This document shows positions 47,510 to 58,228 of a stretch of DNA of 64,000 nt, in pieces (the stretch's first letter is position 1; each line of letters starts with the position of its first letter). The DNA is from Acidobacteriota bacterium (GTDB taxonomy: Bacteria > Acidobacteriota > UBA6911 > RPQK01 > JADFOI01). The DNA is taken from the NCBI GenBank assembly GCA_963663035.1, contig OY760074.1, positions 1,088,001 to 1,152,000 on the forward strand, read 5' to 3'. Below the pieces are notes generated by a model, which was not told the DNA's origin, made no database searches, and saw only the letters and a list, made by a program, of their open reading frames with translations. The position numbers and the translations under genes were made by a program.

Positions 47510-47718
47510 CCGTGATTATGCATAAGTTGTCTACTGCAGTGCCGCAATCATCCACGCTGACTGCGTTATGCGACCCGCAAGCGGGTACCCCTTGGGCTCC
47601 TCGGCGTACTGCAAGAGTACGCCTGCGGGGTCCGACCCGCAAGCGGGTACCCCTCTCGCATGCCTTGTCATCGCGGCGCTAGTGGCACTTCGTCACGACA
47701 ACCTATGCATAATCACGG
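47510..47718. mobile_element. MITE copy B (209 bp)
   Basis: Perfect terminal IR CCGTGATTATGCATA / TATGCATAATCACGG and two internal CGACCCGCAAGCGGGTACCCC units. Left flank CTAG. Confidence 0.85.
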
Positions 47719-47719
47719 C

Positions 47720-49240
47720 TCAAGAGTTATCAAGCGTCGTCAGATCGACGATTCCAGAAGCATCGGCCGCGTCCACTGCCTCCTGAGGCACGATAGCGCG
47801 TTCAGGGTAGGGTATAGGGGGAGCAGGTTTGGTGGCATCCAGGACCATTGCCGTAATCATCTTGGGGGAGCGAGTACCGTCCGCATGGTACTCCCACCCA
47901 GGTGGAAGCAGTCCTCCAGGTCCCGACCAGCGGGGAATCACAAGCAGGTCCTGGTCGGCATCGAAGCGAGTGCCGATAGCCCACATCACTTCTCCGTCGT
48001 TAAACACATTAATGTCCTCATCTACCACGACCACCATCTTCAGGTTTTCAGGTTCCGTGTTCAGGGCAGCGAAGGCGGCCTTCTTCACTTCTGCATCCCG
48101 CTCCTTGCGTAAGGAGATGTAGCAGTGCATACGACTGTGGCTGGGGACATTGACGGCAGCAACACCGGGGACCACGTCTTTGACCGTACGATAGATGCTC
48201 CCCATGCGAGGCAAACTTCCTAGAACCAAATGCTCCCGGTTGCTGGCAAAGATGTCGTGGTAGATGGCATCGGCGCGCATGGTAATGGTTGAAACGCGGA
48301 TCACAGGTTTCGGTCCGCCAGCTATATAATGTCCCGGCCATTCTCCAAAAGGGCCTTCTTCGCGGCGAACTTCAGGCAGGATCTCCCCTTCGATTATGAT
48401 TTCGGCGTCTGCCGGGACCCACAGGTCGCTGGTGTGCGCCCGAACCAGGCGCACAGGCTCCCTGAGCAGGGCACCAGCTCCATCGAATTCACCTCCAATA
48501 CCCTGAGTGCGGGTCACGGCCCCCATCAGAAAAGCTGGGTGATGACCAATGGCAATGGCAATCGGCATGGGGCGATCTTGAGCCTCGTAAGCCCGCTGGA
48601 TATAAGCGCCGTGGTGAGTGTCAATGAACCAAACTCCGAGTTCATTTTTGCTGAAAACCTGGTGACGATAGAGGCCGGCATTCATCTGGCCGGTCTCAGG
48701 ATCCCTGGTGATCCCCACGCCCCCGGTTATATAAGGACCTGCATCCTTGGCATTGTGGGTGGGGATCGGTAATCGACTGAGATCAGCATCCTTGCCCTCC
48801 CATATGATTTGCTTGACGGGAGCCTCCTCGGATGCGATCTCCAGGGGTGAGATTCCTTTTGCCAGGCGTTCCCCGTAAGTACGAACCATTTCTTCGGTCG
48901 TGGTTCCCAGAGCCAGGGCCAGTCGCCCGTAGGTGGCGGTCAGGTTCATCACCACAGGCAGGCTGCTGTTCTTCATCCGCCGAAAAAAGAAGGCGGGATA
49001 CTCATTCTGACGGGCGAATAACTCCCCCAGAGCTGTGCAGCCGAAGCGTGGATCGGTCTCTCGGTCCACGGCCTTGATGCTTCCGGGCATCACACCCATG
49101 AGCTCCCGAATAAAGTGCCTGAGATCTTTCGGGCCTGTCAGGTGGGCGGGTGGATTGTCTCGGGAAGCTTTAGCGGCAGCGGGTTTAGTCAACAGGCCGA
49201 TTCTATTCCAGTCAATAAAGGGGGTCAAGAGGTTGCCCAT
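47720..49240 (-). CDS. UbiD-family (prFMN) decarboxylase 1 (start uncertain)
   Basis: 'DAGPYITGG', 'NAGLYRHQV', 'VPADAEIIIEG', 'EEGPFGEWPGHY', 'VVVDEDI', 'WAIGTR'. Confidence 0.92.
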   Translation of the reverse strand: MGNLLTPFIDWNRIGLLTKPAAAKASRDNPPAHLTGPKDLRHFIRELMGVMPGSIKAVDRETDPRFGCTALGELFARQNEYPAFFFRRMKNSSLPVVMNLTATYGRLALALGTTTEEMVRTYGERLAKGISPLEIASEEAPVKQIIWEGKDADLSRLPIPTHNAKDAGPYITGGVGITRDPETGQMNAGLYRHQVFSKNELGVWFIDTHHGAYIQRAYEAQDRPMPIAIAIGHHPAFLMGAVTRTQGIGGEFDGAGALLREPVRLVRAHTSDLWVPADAEIIIEGEILPEVRREEGPFGEWPGHYIAGGPKPVIRVSTITMRADAIYHDIFASNREHLVLGSLPRMGSIYRTVKDVVPGVAAVNVPSHSRMHCYISLRKERDAEVKKAAFAALNTEPENLKMVVVVDEDINVFNDGEVMWAIGTRFDADQDLLVIPRWSGPGGLLPPGWEYHADGTRSPKMITAMVLDATKPAPPIPYPERAIVPQEAVDAADASGIVDLTTLDNS

Positions 49241-49246
49241 ACCTTG

Positions 49247-49453
49247 CCCGCAGTATGCATGAATTTTCTGCTACAGTGTCGCAATCATCCGCGCTGACTG
49301 CGTTGTGCGACCCGCAAGCGGGTACCCCTTGCGCTCCTCGACGTACTGCAAGAGTACGTCTGCGGGGCGCGACCCGCAAGCGGGTACCCCTCACACGCCT
49401 TGTCATCGCGGCGCTTGCGCCACTTCGCTACGAAAACCTATGCATTCTGCGGG
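49247..49453. mobile_element. MITE copy C (207 bp) between the divergent ubiD genes
   Basis: Ends CCCGCAGTATGCAT and ATGCATTCTGCGGG, with the same body as copy B. Confidence 0.85.
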
Positions 49454-49462
49454 CTAAGTCTG

Positions 49463-49491
49463 TTGACAACTGGGGAGGAAATGCCTACCGT
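49463..49491 (+). promoter_or_regulatory. Putative sigma-70 promoter of ubiD 2
   Basis: TTGACA-17-TACCGT. Confidence 0.4.
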
Positions 49492-49507
49492 GTGATTCCC
49501 AAGAACA

Positions 49508-50986
49508 ATGAAACCAGCCCAACCGGTACCCGAGGAATCCCCAATGCAGGACTTGCGAAGTTGGTTGGAGCAAGTCCGACAAATGGGGAAGCTCAAAGAA
49601 GTGCAGGGCGCCTCCTGGGATCTGGAGGTGGGCGCCCTAACCGACCTCAACGTCAAAGCCCGCAAGTGGACGCTTCTGTTTGACGAAATAGAAGGCTATC
49701 CACCCGGCTACCGCGTTCTTACCGGCTCTATGCTGGACTCCGCCAGAGTGGCATTGAGCTTGACTTTCTCCCCGGAGTTGGATGATCAGCAGTTGGTCCA
49801 GACCTTGCGCCGAAAGCTGGCAGGTGCCCAAACAAGCTTGGATCGTTTTCCACCTCACGCTCTTTCCACCGCCCCATTTCTGGAGAACCGCTGTGAAGGA
49901 TCGGAAGTGGATTTAACCCGCTTCCCGGCTATGAAGTGGCATGAGCGGGACGGGGGTCGATACCTGGGCACGCTCGACGCGGTTATCACACGGGATCCAG
50001 ACTCAGGTTGGGTTAATGTGGGGACATACCGCTTGATGGTTCATGACCAGCGGCGCCTGGGAATTTATATGAACGTTTCCCACCACGGCCGTCTGCATGC
50101 AGAAAAATACTGGGCTGCAGGAAAGGCATGTCCGGTGGCCATTTCTCTGGGGCACCATCCGCTGATCGGGCTGGTGGCAGGGATGGAAGTACCCGTGGAG
50201 GTCTGTGAGTACGACTATCTGGGCAGCCTGCTGGAGCGTCCTTATCCAGTGGTCAAGGGCCCGCTGACGGGTTTGCCGATTCTGGCGGACAGTGAGATCG
50301 TCCTGGAGGGACATATTACACCGGAGCTGAAAGAGGAAGGTCCCTATGGAGAGTTCGTGGGCTATTACGCGGGAGGAGAGATGGCCAGCCCGGTGGTCCA
50401 GGTGGAGGCGGTCTACTTCAGAGAGAATCCAATTGTTCTGGGAACAGCTTCCGGACGCCCTCCCTATGATTATTCCTACTATCGATGCCCCTTTCGAGCG
50501 GCCATTCTCTGGAATGCTTTAGAGACAGCAGGTCTGAGAGGTATTCGAGGAGTGTGGTGTCACGAGCCTGGCTATTCGCGTGCCCTGACCGTTGTCTCCA
50601 TGCAACCGGCTTATCAGGGCCATGCCGAGCAGACAGGTTTTCTTGCCTCTCAACTTCCGGAAGGGGCCTTCGGGGGGAAATATGTGGTTGTCGTGGATGA
50701 TGACATCGATCCGACCAACAAAGATGAGGTCCTGTGGGCCATCTGTTCACGGACTGACCCGGCCCTGGATATCGAGTTCATTCGAAACTCCTGGGGAATG
50801 AATCTGGACCCCATGGTTCAAAAAGAACCCGGGTCTAGGCCGAATGAGCTTCGCATGTCACGAGCCATCATCAACGCTTGCAGGCCCTTCGAGCGGGCCG
50901 TTCGAGGAGATTTTCCAGAGGTAGTGGAGCCCAGTCCCAGCACCAAGGAGATGGTCCTCAGCAAGTGGAAGGATCTTCTCACTTAA
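49508..50986 (+). CDS. UbiD-family decarboxylase 2
   Basis: 'DLRSWL', 'LLFDEIEGYP', 'DGGRYLGT', 'NVGTYRLMV', 'EEGPYGEFVGYY', 'VVDDDIDP', 'WAICSRTDP'. Confidence 0.93.
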   Translation: MKPAQPVPEESPMQDLRSWLEQVRQMGKLKEVQGASWDLEVGALTDLNVKARKWTLLFDEIEGYPPGYRVLTGSMLDSARVALSLTFSPELDDQQLVQTLRRKLAGAQTSLDRFPPHALSTAPFLENRCEGSEVDLTRFPAMKWHERDGGRYLGTLDAVITRDPDSGWVNVGTYRLMVHDQRRLGIYMNVSHHGRLHAEKYWAAGKACPVAISLGHHPLIGLVAGMEVPVEVCEYDYLGSLLERPYPVVKGPLTGLPILADSEIVLEGHITPELKEEGPYGEFVGYYAGGEMASPVVQVEAVYFRENPIVLGTASGRPPYDYSYYRCPFRAAILWNALETAGLRGIRGVWCHEPGYSRALTVVSMQPAYQGHAEQTGFLASQLPEGAFGGKYVVVVDDDIDPTNKDEVLWAICSRTDPALDIEFIRNSWGMNLDPMVQKEPGSRPNELRMSRAIINACRPFERAVRGDFPEVVEPSPSTKEMVLSKWKDLLT

Positions 50987-51052
50987 CGATTTAGCATTGG
51001 AAGCAAGTGCGGTGTACATTCTTAATAATAATTTAACTGCAGAGAGGTGAAT

Positions 51053-53020
51053 ATGGGGAATAGAGGACTGGTCTGTCTTTTGGTAATCCTGGCGGTGGCT
51101 GCGCATCTGTCGGCTCAGCAGTTGCCGCAGGAGGTCGCTCAGTACGGCTATCCCGACACGCTTTTTGTCAACGGCAAGGTGGTCAGCATGGACGACACCT
51201 CCCGCTCCACGGAGGTGGGGAATATCTTTCAGGCCGTGGCAGTCAAGGGCGATAGGATCATCAAGCTTGGCACTAATCAGGGAGTGAGGGCTTTGGCGGG
51301 GCCTGATACCCAAGTCTTCGATCTAAAAGGGAGGACTCTGCTTCCCGGGATAGTGGAAACTCACGCCCATATTTACAGCGACGCGCCCCAGTACCTGAGC
51401 CGCTTTGGGTTCAAGTATCCTCCACAGGGGATTATCATCAGCGCCCAGGCCGATCGCGAGCTGGAGAAAACTCAAGGAATCATCCGGGATCAAATTCAGG
51501 AGGCGGTCAAGCAGGTCGAGCCCGGAGACTGGATCGTGCTGCGGATGCGTTCTCACCCCGAAGCCCCCATGGATCTGCAGACGTGGGGGATGACCCGCCG
51601 TTTGACCGATCGGCGGACACTCGACATGTGGGCCCCTGAAAACCCCGTCCTGATGAGACCGGGCCTGCGCGGGAACATCAATTCCAAGGCGCTGGAGGTC
51701 CTGAACGATTTCCTTCCCGGATATTCGGCTTCCATTCACGAGAGCATGCATGGAGATACCATCGGCGAAGATATCCCGGCCATCGGCTGGGTGGGTAGTC
51801 GGGAGATGTCGGTCATCACCTGGGAACTCTTCTTTGAGAAATTACCATTGAACACTCTGGCCCAGATCTTGAAGCTGATCTCGGAAGATTTTGCCTCCAA
51901 GGGGGTCAGCACTTTTTCCAGCCGTCTGGAGTTTCCAAAAATCATGAGTGGCTATGCCACCCTGGCGGGGTTGGGACAGATGCCCATTCGTCTGGCCGCT
52001 CACTATGAAGTGCACCGCATGCCGACGGATCCGCAGCAGACTCGCCAGCTGTACCGCCGTACCGGAGTACTGCAGGGTATCGGAAACGACTATCTGTGGA
52101 TCGATGGTGTGGCCTCAGAGCGCTGGGATTCTCACTACCCGGAAGCCTGCACGGGTCCGGATACCCAGGCTCCGCCCAACATTAAGGCTCGAGAGGTCTG
52201 CCCCAAGCAGGGCGATCTGATGTGGGATGTCCTGGAGAATGCCTTAGAATCCGGCTGGCGGATATCCGGCATCCATATCTGCGGCAGTGAAAGTGCCCGG
52301 GCGTTTTTTCGGATGGTGGATCGCGCGCGCGAGGATCGTGGATTGAGTATGGAATATATTCGTAGTCTCCAGATGACCGGCGAGCATTGCAACGTGATCG
52401 GAAAACTTCCGGAAATCATCCAAAAGTTGAAGGACTATAACATGATCCTCAGCTGCGGACCGGACCTCATCAGGGAAGCACCGCTCTGGACGAAAGACTA
52501 CGGTGCCCAGATGGCGGATGACTTCGAACTGCCCTTTCAAACCTGGATCGATGCCGGGGTAAGGCTGGTTGGGCAGCATTACGGCTCAGGAGCGGACAAT
52601 GCCGGAAGCAGCAATTTCCGGCCGCCCTTCTTCATGATCTGGCAAGCTGTCACCCGCCTCTATGATGGAAAGGTGTGGCAGCCGGAAGAACGAATTGAGC
52701 GGGTACACGCCCTGAAGATGTACACCAGCTGGGCTTCCGAGTACGTGCAAAAACAGGGAAGCCTGGGCTCTCTGGAGGTGGGGAAGTTTGCGGATCTGCT
52801 GGTCATCGATCGGGATTTCTTTACTATCCCGGAGAATGACATCCTGAAGGTGAGAACCTTGATGACCATGGTAGGAGGCAAGATGATCGTGCTGCAGGAG
52901 TCACTGGCCAAGGATTTTGGAGTTCAACCGGTTGGACCTGCTTATGATTTTGAAGACGAAGACGTGGCACACATCGGGTTGCCCCTCACAGAGATAGCGA
53001 GAAGGTTCAGCGGAAATTAA
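51053..53020 (+). CDS. Exported amidohydrolase, paralog P5
   Basis: 'ETHAH', 'GIHICGS', 'GEHC', signal peptide. Confidence 0.9.
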   Translation: MGNRGLVCLLVILAVAAHLSAQQLPQEVAQYGYPDTLFVNGKVVSMDDTSRSTEVGNIFQAVAVKGDRIIKLGTNQGVRALAGPDTQVFDLKGRTLLPGIVETHAHIYSDAPQYLSRFGFKYPPQGIIISAQADRELEKTQGIIRDQIQEAVKQVEPGDWIVLRMRSHPEAPMDLQTWGMTRRLTDRRTLDMWAPENPVLMRPGLRGNINSKALEVLNDFLPGYSASIHESMHGDTIGEDIPAIGWVGSREMSVITWELFFEKLPLNTLAQILKLISEDFASKGVSTFSSRLEFPKIMSGYATLAGLGQMPIRLAAHYEVHRMPTDPQQTRQLYRRTGVLQGIGNDYLWIDGVASERWDSHYPEACTGPDTQAPPNIKAREVCPKQGDLMWDVLENALESGWRISGIHICGSESARAFFRMVDRAREDRGLSMEYIRSLQMTGEHCNVIGKLPEIIQKLKDYNMILSCGPDLIREAPLWTKDYGAQMADDFELPFQTWIDAGVRLVGQHYGSGADNAGSSNFRPPFFMIWQAVTRLYDGKVWQPEERIERVHALKMYTSWASEYVQKQGSLGSLEVGKFADLLVIDRDFFTIPENDILKVRTLMTMVGGKMIVLQESLAKDFGVQPVGPAYDFEDEDVAHIGLPLTEIARRFSGN

Positions 53021-53091
53021 TCAGGCGAGGTGGCCACAGCCGGGCGCGTAGCGATTGAACTGTAGGCCAGTTCCCTAATTCAACGCTTTTC

Positions 53092-53221
53092 GGAAGGCGG
53101 ATATTCTTTGGCTGGGAGAATGTCCGTCACCAGATCACGAATGAGCGGGCGCGGCGAATACGAATCTGGGCCAGGGACCGTCCTGGGCTTTCTTCTGGCT
53201 TTGAAATCTAGTTCACGCCAC
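53092..53221 (-). pseudogene. Internally deleted duplicate of the 2Fe-2S gene (44547..44948)
   Basis: 53092-53151 matches 44583-44642 and 53150-53221 matches 44882-44953. The 241 bp containing all the Cys codons are missing. Confidence 0.85.
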
Positions 53222-55193
53222 GGAACTTTCTGGCAATTTCCGAAAGGGGCTGACCGATGTGGTCCACATCTTCATCTTCGAAGTTATAGGCTGGTCCCAC
53301 CGGGTCTACTCCGAAGTCTCTGGCCAGTGACTCCTGCAGCACGATCGTTTTGCCTCCTACCATGGTCATCAGAGGACGGATCTTCAAGATGTCATCTATT
53401 GGAATAGTGAAGTAGTCTCGATCGATGACCAACAGATCCGCGAATTTACCCACTTCCAGCGAACCGAGCTTATCCGGCTTTCGGACATACTCAGCGCTCC
53501 AGCGTGTGTACATCTTCAAGGCGTGTACCCGGTCAATGCGCTCTTCCGGCTGCCAGACTATTCCGTCGAACTTGCGCGTCACGGCCTGCCAGGTCACGTA
53601 AAATGGAGGCCTGTAACGGAGGGTCCCCGGCTCCCCCCGTGCACCCGTTCCCCAGTGCTGTCCGACCAGCTGGACGCCCTCATGAATCCAGGTGTTAAAG
53701 GGAAGGAAAAAGTTATTCATTTGGGGACCGTAGTCTTCAATCCACTTGGGAGCTTCTCTGGCGATGATGTCGGGACCACAGCTGAGGATGATTCCATATC
53801 TCTTTAAAGCCTCCATCACATCCGGCTGCTTTCCGATCACATCACAATGCTCGCCGGTCATGTGCATGTCGTGGACTTGCTGAATGGTCCAGCCGTTGAC
53901 TGCCCGAGCACGATCGATCATCCGTATAAACGCGCGGGCGCTTTCGCTGCCGCAAATGTGCACACCAGCCAGCCGCCACCCCGCTATCATGGCATTTTCC
54001 AGCGTATCCCAATGCAGATCTCCCGGCTTGGGACAGGTCTCCCGAGCCTTGATATGGTCCGGAGCTATGGTATCGGGTCCGGTACAGGATTCCGGGTAGT
54101 AAGAATCCCAGCGCTCTGATGCTATTCCGTCGATCCAGAGATAATCATCACCGAGGCCTTGCAGGACCCCGGTACGGCGGTACATCTGGCGAGTCTGCTG
54201 AGGATCGGTGGGCATCCGGTGGACCGAGTAATGGACATCAAATCGAATCGGCATCTGGCCAAGACCGGCCAGGGTCGCATACCCGGTCATCATCTTGGGA
54301 AAGTAAAGATGGCTGGAGAAGGTGCCCACTCCTGTGGCGGCATAGTCTTCTGAGATTAGTTTAAAGATCTGCGCCATAATGTTTGGGGGCAGCTTCTCGA
54401 GGAAGAGTTCCCAGGAGATCACATCCCTTTCGCGGGTTCCCACCCAGCCGATGGAAGGGATGTCCTCACCGATGACGTCTCCGTGCATGGTCTCTTGAAT
54501 GGATGCAGAGTATCCGGGCAGGAACTCATTCATGATCTCCAGTGCCTTGGAATTAATGCTGCCTCTGAGCCCTGGGTTGACCAGGACCGGGTTCTCTGGC
54601 GCCCAAACGTCAAGGGTCCGAAGATTCGTTAGACGCCGCTGAGTCCCCCAAAAACCGACATCGGCAGGTGCTTCAGGATGACCGCGCATGTTGAGGACGA
54701 CCCAATCACCCGGTTCCACCTGCTGGACTGCTTCTATGATCGCCTCTCTCATAATGGCCTGAGTTCTCTCCAGCTCTCGATCAGCTGTCCGGGTCAATAT
54801 GATTCCATTGGGTGGGTACTTGAACCCGAATCGGTCCAGATATTGGGTGATGGAGCCGAAGATGTGGCTGTGGGGTTCAACGATGGCGGGGAGCAGGGTT
54901 CGTCCCCTCAGGTCGAAGACCTTCGTCTCCGGTCCTGCCATGGCCCGAACCTCCCCAACGGTCCCCAATTTCATGATTTTGTCACCCTTGACCGCAATGG
55001 CCTGGTAGACATTCCCCACCTGGGTCGAAATGGAGGCATCGTCCATGCTCACGATCTTTCCGTTCACAAAGATCGTATCGGCGTAACCATTTCGGGCTAC
55101 TTCTGGAGCCAGTTGCCCGACAGCAGTCGGCAGCTGGAAAAGAAAGAGCAGGAAGCTGGCCAAGAAAGCACTGGTGATTCGATGCTTGTTCAT
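53208..55193 (-). CDS. Exported amidohydrolase, paralog P6 (start at MNKHRI)
   Basis: 'EPHSH', 'GVHICGS', 'GEHC', with RBS GGGAGG before the ATG at 55193. Confidence 0.9.
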   Translation of the reverse strand: MNKHRITSAFLASFLLFLFQLPTAVGQLAPEVARNGYADTIFVNGKIVSMDDASISTQVGNVYQAIAVKGDKIMKLGTVGEVRAMAGPETKVFDLRGRTLLPAIVEPHSHIFGSITQYLDRFGFKYPPNGIILTRTADRELERTQAIMREAIIEAVQQVEPGDWVVLNMRGHPEAPADVGFWGTQRRLTNLRTLDVWAPENPVLVNPGLRGSINSKALEIMNEFLPGYSASIQETMHGDVIGEDIPSIGWVGTRERDVISWELFLEKLPPNIMAQIFKLISEDYAATGVGTFSSHLYFPKMMTGYATLAGLGQMPIRFDVHYSVHRMPTDPQQTRQMYRRTGVLQGLGDDYLWIDGIASERWDSYYPESCTGPDTIAPDHIKARETCPKPGDLHWDTLENAMIAGWRLAGVHICGSESARAFIRMIDRARAVNGWTIQQVHDMHMTGEHCDVIGKQPDVMEALKRYGIILSCGPDIIAREAPKWIEDYGPQMNNFFLPFNTWIHEGVQLVGQHWGTGARGEPGTLRYRPPFYVTWQAVTRKFDGIVWQPEERIDRVHALKMYTRWSAEYVRKPDKLGSLEVGKFADLLVIDRDYFTIPIDDILKIRPLMTMVGGKTIVLQESLARDFGVDPVGPAYNFEDEDVDHIGQPLSEIARKFRGVN

Positions 55194-55300
55194 CTCATGA
55201 ACCTCCCTTTGCAAAAACAAGTACATCCTTTGCTTGGAATCGATTTGCGGGTAATATAGCCCCTCGTCTTTGTATTGTAAAGTGACCTAAGGCTCAACCC

Positions 55301-56824
55301 ATGACTCTGCTCCCTCCTGAGATTACTGACATCGTCTTGGCCAACTACCCGCTGATCATTGCGAGTCTGGTGGGATACTCCGTCATCTTCGTTCTCATCA
55401 CTTACGCCGCAAAACGAAAATTGGCCCACGAGGTGAGCGACTACGTGGTGGCTTCGCGGAATCTGGGATGGCTGGTGGTCACCTTTACCATGTACGCGTC
55501 GATCCTGAGTGGAGTTGGCATGGCCGGCATACCGGGCGCCGTCTACACGGTGGGTGTTCCCTTTGTGGTGACGGTCTTGATGGGCCACACCGTTGCCCTG
55601 GCCCTGCTGTGGTACTTAGGGCCCCGAATCTGGATTCTTGGAAAGACCTATAACTTCACCACGCCCGGTGATCTCCTGGGAGATTACTACCAAAGCGACA
55701 CGATTCGGGTGTGCACCGTGATCGCCAGTATTCTTTTCAACGTTGCCTTTATTGTGGCACAGCTGCTGGCGGGAGGGGTCCTGCTCAATGTTCTCTCCGG
55801 AAGTGTCATTTCCTTTGAGCTGGGGGTGGTGATCATTACCGTAGTCGTGATGGTCCATGTCTCCTCCACAGGGCTCCGCGGCATTGCCTGGCTCGACTGC
55901 TTCAATGGGTTATTAATCCTGTTCCTGCTCACTCTCTTCGGTGCGACCATTCTTGTGGCAGCCGGAGGACTCGGCAATGTGTTGGAGGGATTGGGTGAGT
56001 TAAAGGATCAGTTCATAACCCTTCCGGGTACAGTGGGAGTCTTCACTCCCTCCCACATCTTTGGCATCTTCATTGGTCTGAGTATCGGGGCCATGGTGTT
56101 ATCACCTTCCGCCTGGATTCGCATCTACTCAGCAAGCAGCAAAGCACACTTTGCCAAGATCAGTATTTTAATGCTGGTGCTCTGGTTCATCTCACACATC
56201 ATGGGTGCTTTCCTGATCGGCAGTTACGCTCGATCCGTCCTCCCCGATGTGGAAAATCCCGATTTCGTCTCCTCTTTGCTTGCCTTCAAGGTGATGCCGG
56301 TTTTCCTGGCGGCGCTTTTCCTGATAGCCATACTGGCCGCCATCATCTCGACTACGGACACCTATATGCATACTCTCTCGGCGACGGTTGTCCGAGATTT
56401 TATTCAAGCCGTTCTCTGGCCCGGCATGACTCAGGCTCAGGAGATCACACTCAACCGGGTGCTGATGGTTGCCATGGCAGGACTGAGTGTTTTGCTGGCC
56501 ATGCTCAACCCGGTGCTGATTACTCCTTTGGCCATCTTTGGGGGTGGGATCACTGTCCAGCTTCTCCCACCATTGCTAGGTGCGGTCACCTGGTCCCGGG
56601 CCTCGGCGCCGGCGGCCATCATCAGTACTGCTGTAGGCATGGTACTGACCTTAGTGTGGGAGCTCGACCTTCTTCCCAACCCGGTTCCAGTCAGTATCCT
56701 GCCTGGGCTCGCCACTGCCTTTTTCATCAATGTCGGCTTATTTGTTCTCATCAGTTATATGACCCGACCTCAGCCGCCGGAGATGGTTGAAAAGTTCCAT
56801 GGGTTAATCGCACGAGAGCTGTGA
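55301..56824 (+). CDS. Sodium:solute symporter (SSS) family protein
   Basis: Many TM segments, 'DYVVASRNLG', 'SGVGMAGIPG', 'GLRGIAWLD', 'LAAIISTTDT'. Confidence 0.92.
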   Translation: MTLLPPEITDIVLANYPLIIASLVGYSVIFVLITYAAKRKLAHEVSDYVVASRNLGWLVVTFTMYASILSGVGMAGIPGAVYTVGVPFVVTVLMGHTVALALLWYLGPRIWILGKTYNFTTPGDLLGDYYQSDTIRVCTVIASILFNVAFIVAQLLAGGVLLNVLSGSVISFELGVVIITVVVMVHVSSTGLRGIAWLDCFNGLLILFLLTLFGATILVAAGGLGNVLEGLGELKDQFITLPGTVGVFTPSHIFGIFIGLSIGAMVLSPSAWIRIYSASSKAHFAKISILMLVLWFISHIMGAFLIGSYARSVLPDVENPDFVSSLLAFKVMPVFLAALFLIAILAAIISTTDTYMHTLSATVVRDFIQAVLWPGMTQAQEITLNRVLMVAMAGLSVLLAMLNPVLITPLAIFGGGITVQLLPPLLGAVTWSRASAPAAIISTAVGMVLTLVWELDLLPNPVPVSILPGLATAFFINVGLFVLISYMTRPQPPEMVEKFHGLIAREL

Positions 56825-56855
56825 TCGACTGACAATCTTATGTATCATCGAGTTT

Positions 56856-57749
56856 ATGTACCCTGAAGCTTTTGAATTTTTTAGTCCTGACACCCTGGAG
56901 GGCGTCATTGATTTGCTGTCCCAGCATGGAGAGGACGCCAAGGTGTTGGCTGGTGGGCAGAGCCTTATCCCGCTCATGAAGTTGAGATTGGCGAGTCCGA
57001 AATACTTGATTCATCTGGGTGGACTTCAGGATTTGTCCGGTATCCAAGAGCAGGATGGAATGATTTCCTTTGGAGCCCTGACGCTGCACGTCGAGTTGGA
57101 GGAATCGGCGCTGGTGAAATCAAAGCTCCCCATGATGCACGATGCGGTAAGCGTCATTGGTGATGTCCAGGTGCGCAACCTGGGAACCATCGGGGGGAGT
57201 CTGGCTCACGCTGATCCAGCTGGAGACTTGATTCCCGTCCTGTTTGCCTTGGATGCTCAGGTGACCATTGCCAGTTCCAGCGGAAAGCGTACTGTGAAAG
57301 TCGACGAGCTCATTGTAGATGCTTATTCGGCAGACTTGAGCAGTGACGAGGTGCTGACTCAGGTATCGGTGCCGGTCCCCCCGGAAGGCAGTGCAGGAGC
57401 CTATCTGAAGTTCGAACGCCGGGCGGGAGATTTCGCAGTGGCCAGTGTTGGAGTGCAGGTCGACTTCAAGAAGGATGGTACCTGTCGCGACATTGCTGTT
57501 GGGCTGGGAGCTGTGGGACTCACAGCGATACGTGCCAGGAAAGCAGAGGAATTGCTGCGGGGAAAAAAGGTCGAGGACGCCCTCCTGAGGGAAGCGGCGG
57601 CCCAGGCATCTGCGGAAGCCGAACCCTTTGCCGATGTCCGAGGATCGGCTGAGTACAAACGCCATCTCGTCGGTGTGCTGTTTCGCAGAGCCTTTGAGTT
57701 TGCTTCCAGAAGGGCGGGCGGGGAGGAGGTGGCAACTGTCCATCTCTAA
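56856..57749 (+). CDS. Xanthine dehydrogenase family FAD subunit (CoxM/CutM-like)
   Basis: '[14 protein letters not shown]', '[19 protein letters not shown]', '[12 protein letters not shown]'. Confidence 0.93.
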   Translation: MYPEAFEFFSPDTLEGVIDLLSQHGEDAKVLAGGQSLIPLMKLRLASPKYLIHLGGLQDLSGIQEQDGMISFGALTLHVELEESALVKSKLPMMHDAVSVIGDVQVRNLGTIGGSLAHADPAGDLIPVLFALDAQVTIASSSGKRTVKVDELIVDAYSADLSSDEVLTQVSVPVPPEGSAGAYLKFERRAGDFAVASVGVQVDFKKDGTCRDIAVGLGAVGLTAIRARKAEELLRGKKVEDALLREAAAQASAEAEPFADVRGSAEYKRHLVGVLFRRAFEFASRRAGGEEVATVHL

Positions 57750-57756
57750 GAGAAAA

Positions 57757-58221
57757 ATGACAGTGACCGTAAACGGTGAAGCGTACCAGCGTGAGGTAGA
57801 ACCACGCATGTTGCTGGTCGACTTCCTGCGGGATATATTGAAGTTGACGGGAACGCATGTTGGCTGCGACACGAGCAATTGTGGAGCGTGCACTGTCATT
57901 ATGGATGGGCGAAGTATCAAATCGTGTACCTGCTTTGCGGCCGCGGTTGAGGGGCGAGAGATCTTGACGATCGAGGGTTTGGCTCAGGATGGAAACCTGC
58001 ATCCTATTCAGGAATCTTTTTGGGAAAACCATGGACTGCAGTGTGGTTACTGCACCCCGGGGATGGTGATGTCCGCTTTCTACCTTCTTTCCGGGACTCC
58101 CCAGCCCACCGAAGCGCAGATCCGAAGAGGCATTTCTGGAAACATTTGTCGGTGCACCGGTTACCAGGCCATCGTGGATTCGATTGGGAAGGTACCGGAC
58201 AAGATGAAACAAGGCACTTAG
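57757..58221 (+). CDS. 2Fe-2S subunit (CoxS-like)
   Basis: '[12 protein letters not shown]', 'KSC', 'QCGYCTPG', 'GNICRCTGY'. The listed ORF start at 57628 overlaps coxM, so a later start is preferred. Confidence 0.93.
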   Translation: MTVTVNGEAYQREVEPRMLLVDFLRDILKLTGTHVGCDTSNCGACTVIMDGRSIKSCTCFAAAVEGREILTIEGLAQDGNLHPIQESFWENHGLQCGYCTPGMVMSAFYLLSGTPQPTEAQIRRGISGNICRCTGYQAIVDSIGKVPDKMKQGT

Positions 58222-58228
58222 CCCCCCC

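Noticed and set aside
47568-49683. Small ORFs overlapping MITE copies (47568..47786, 49255..49683, also 60644..60829)
   Set aside because: Their similarity to each other comes from the repeat itself. Frames and lengths are not conserved.
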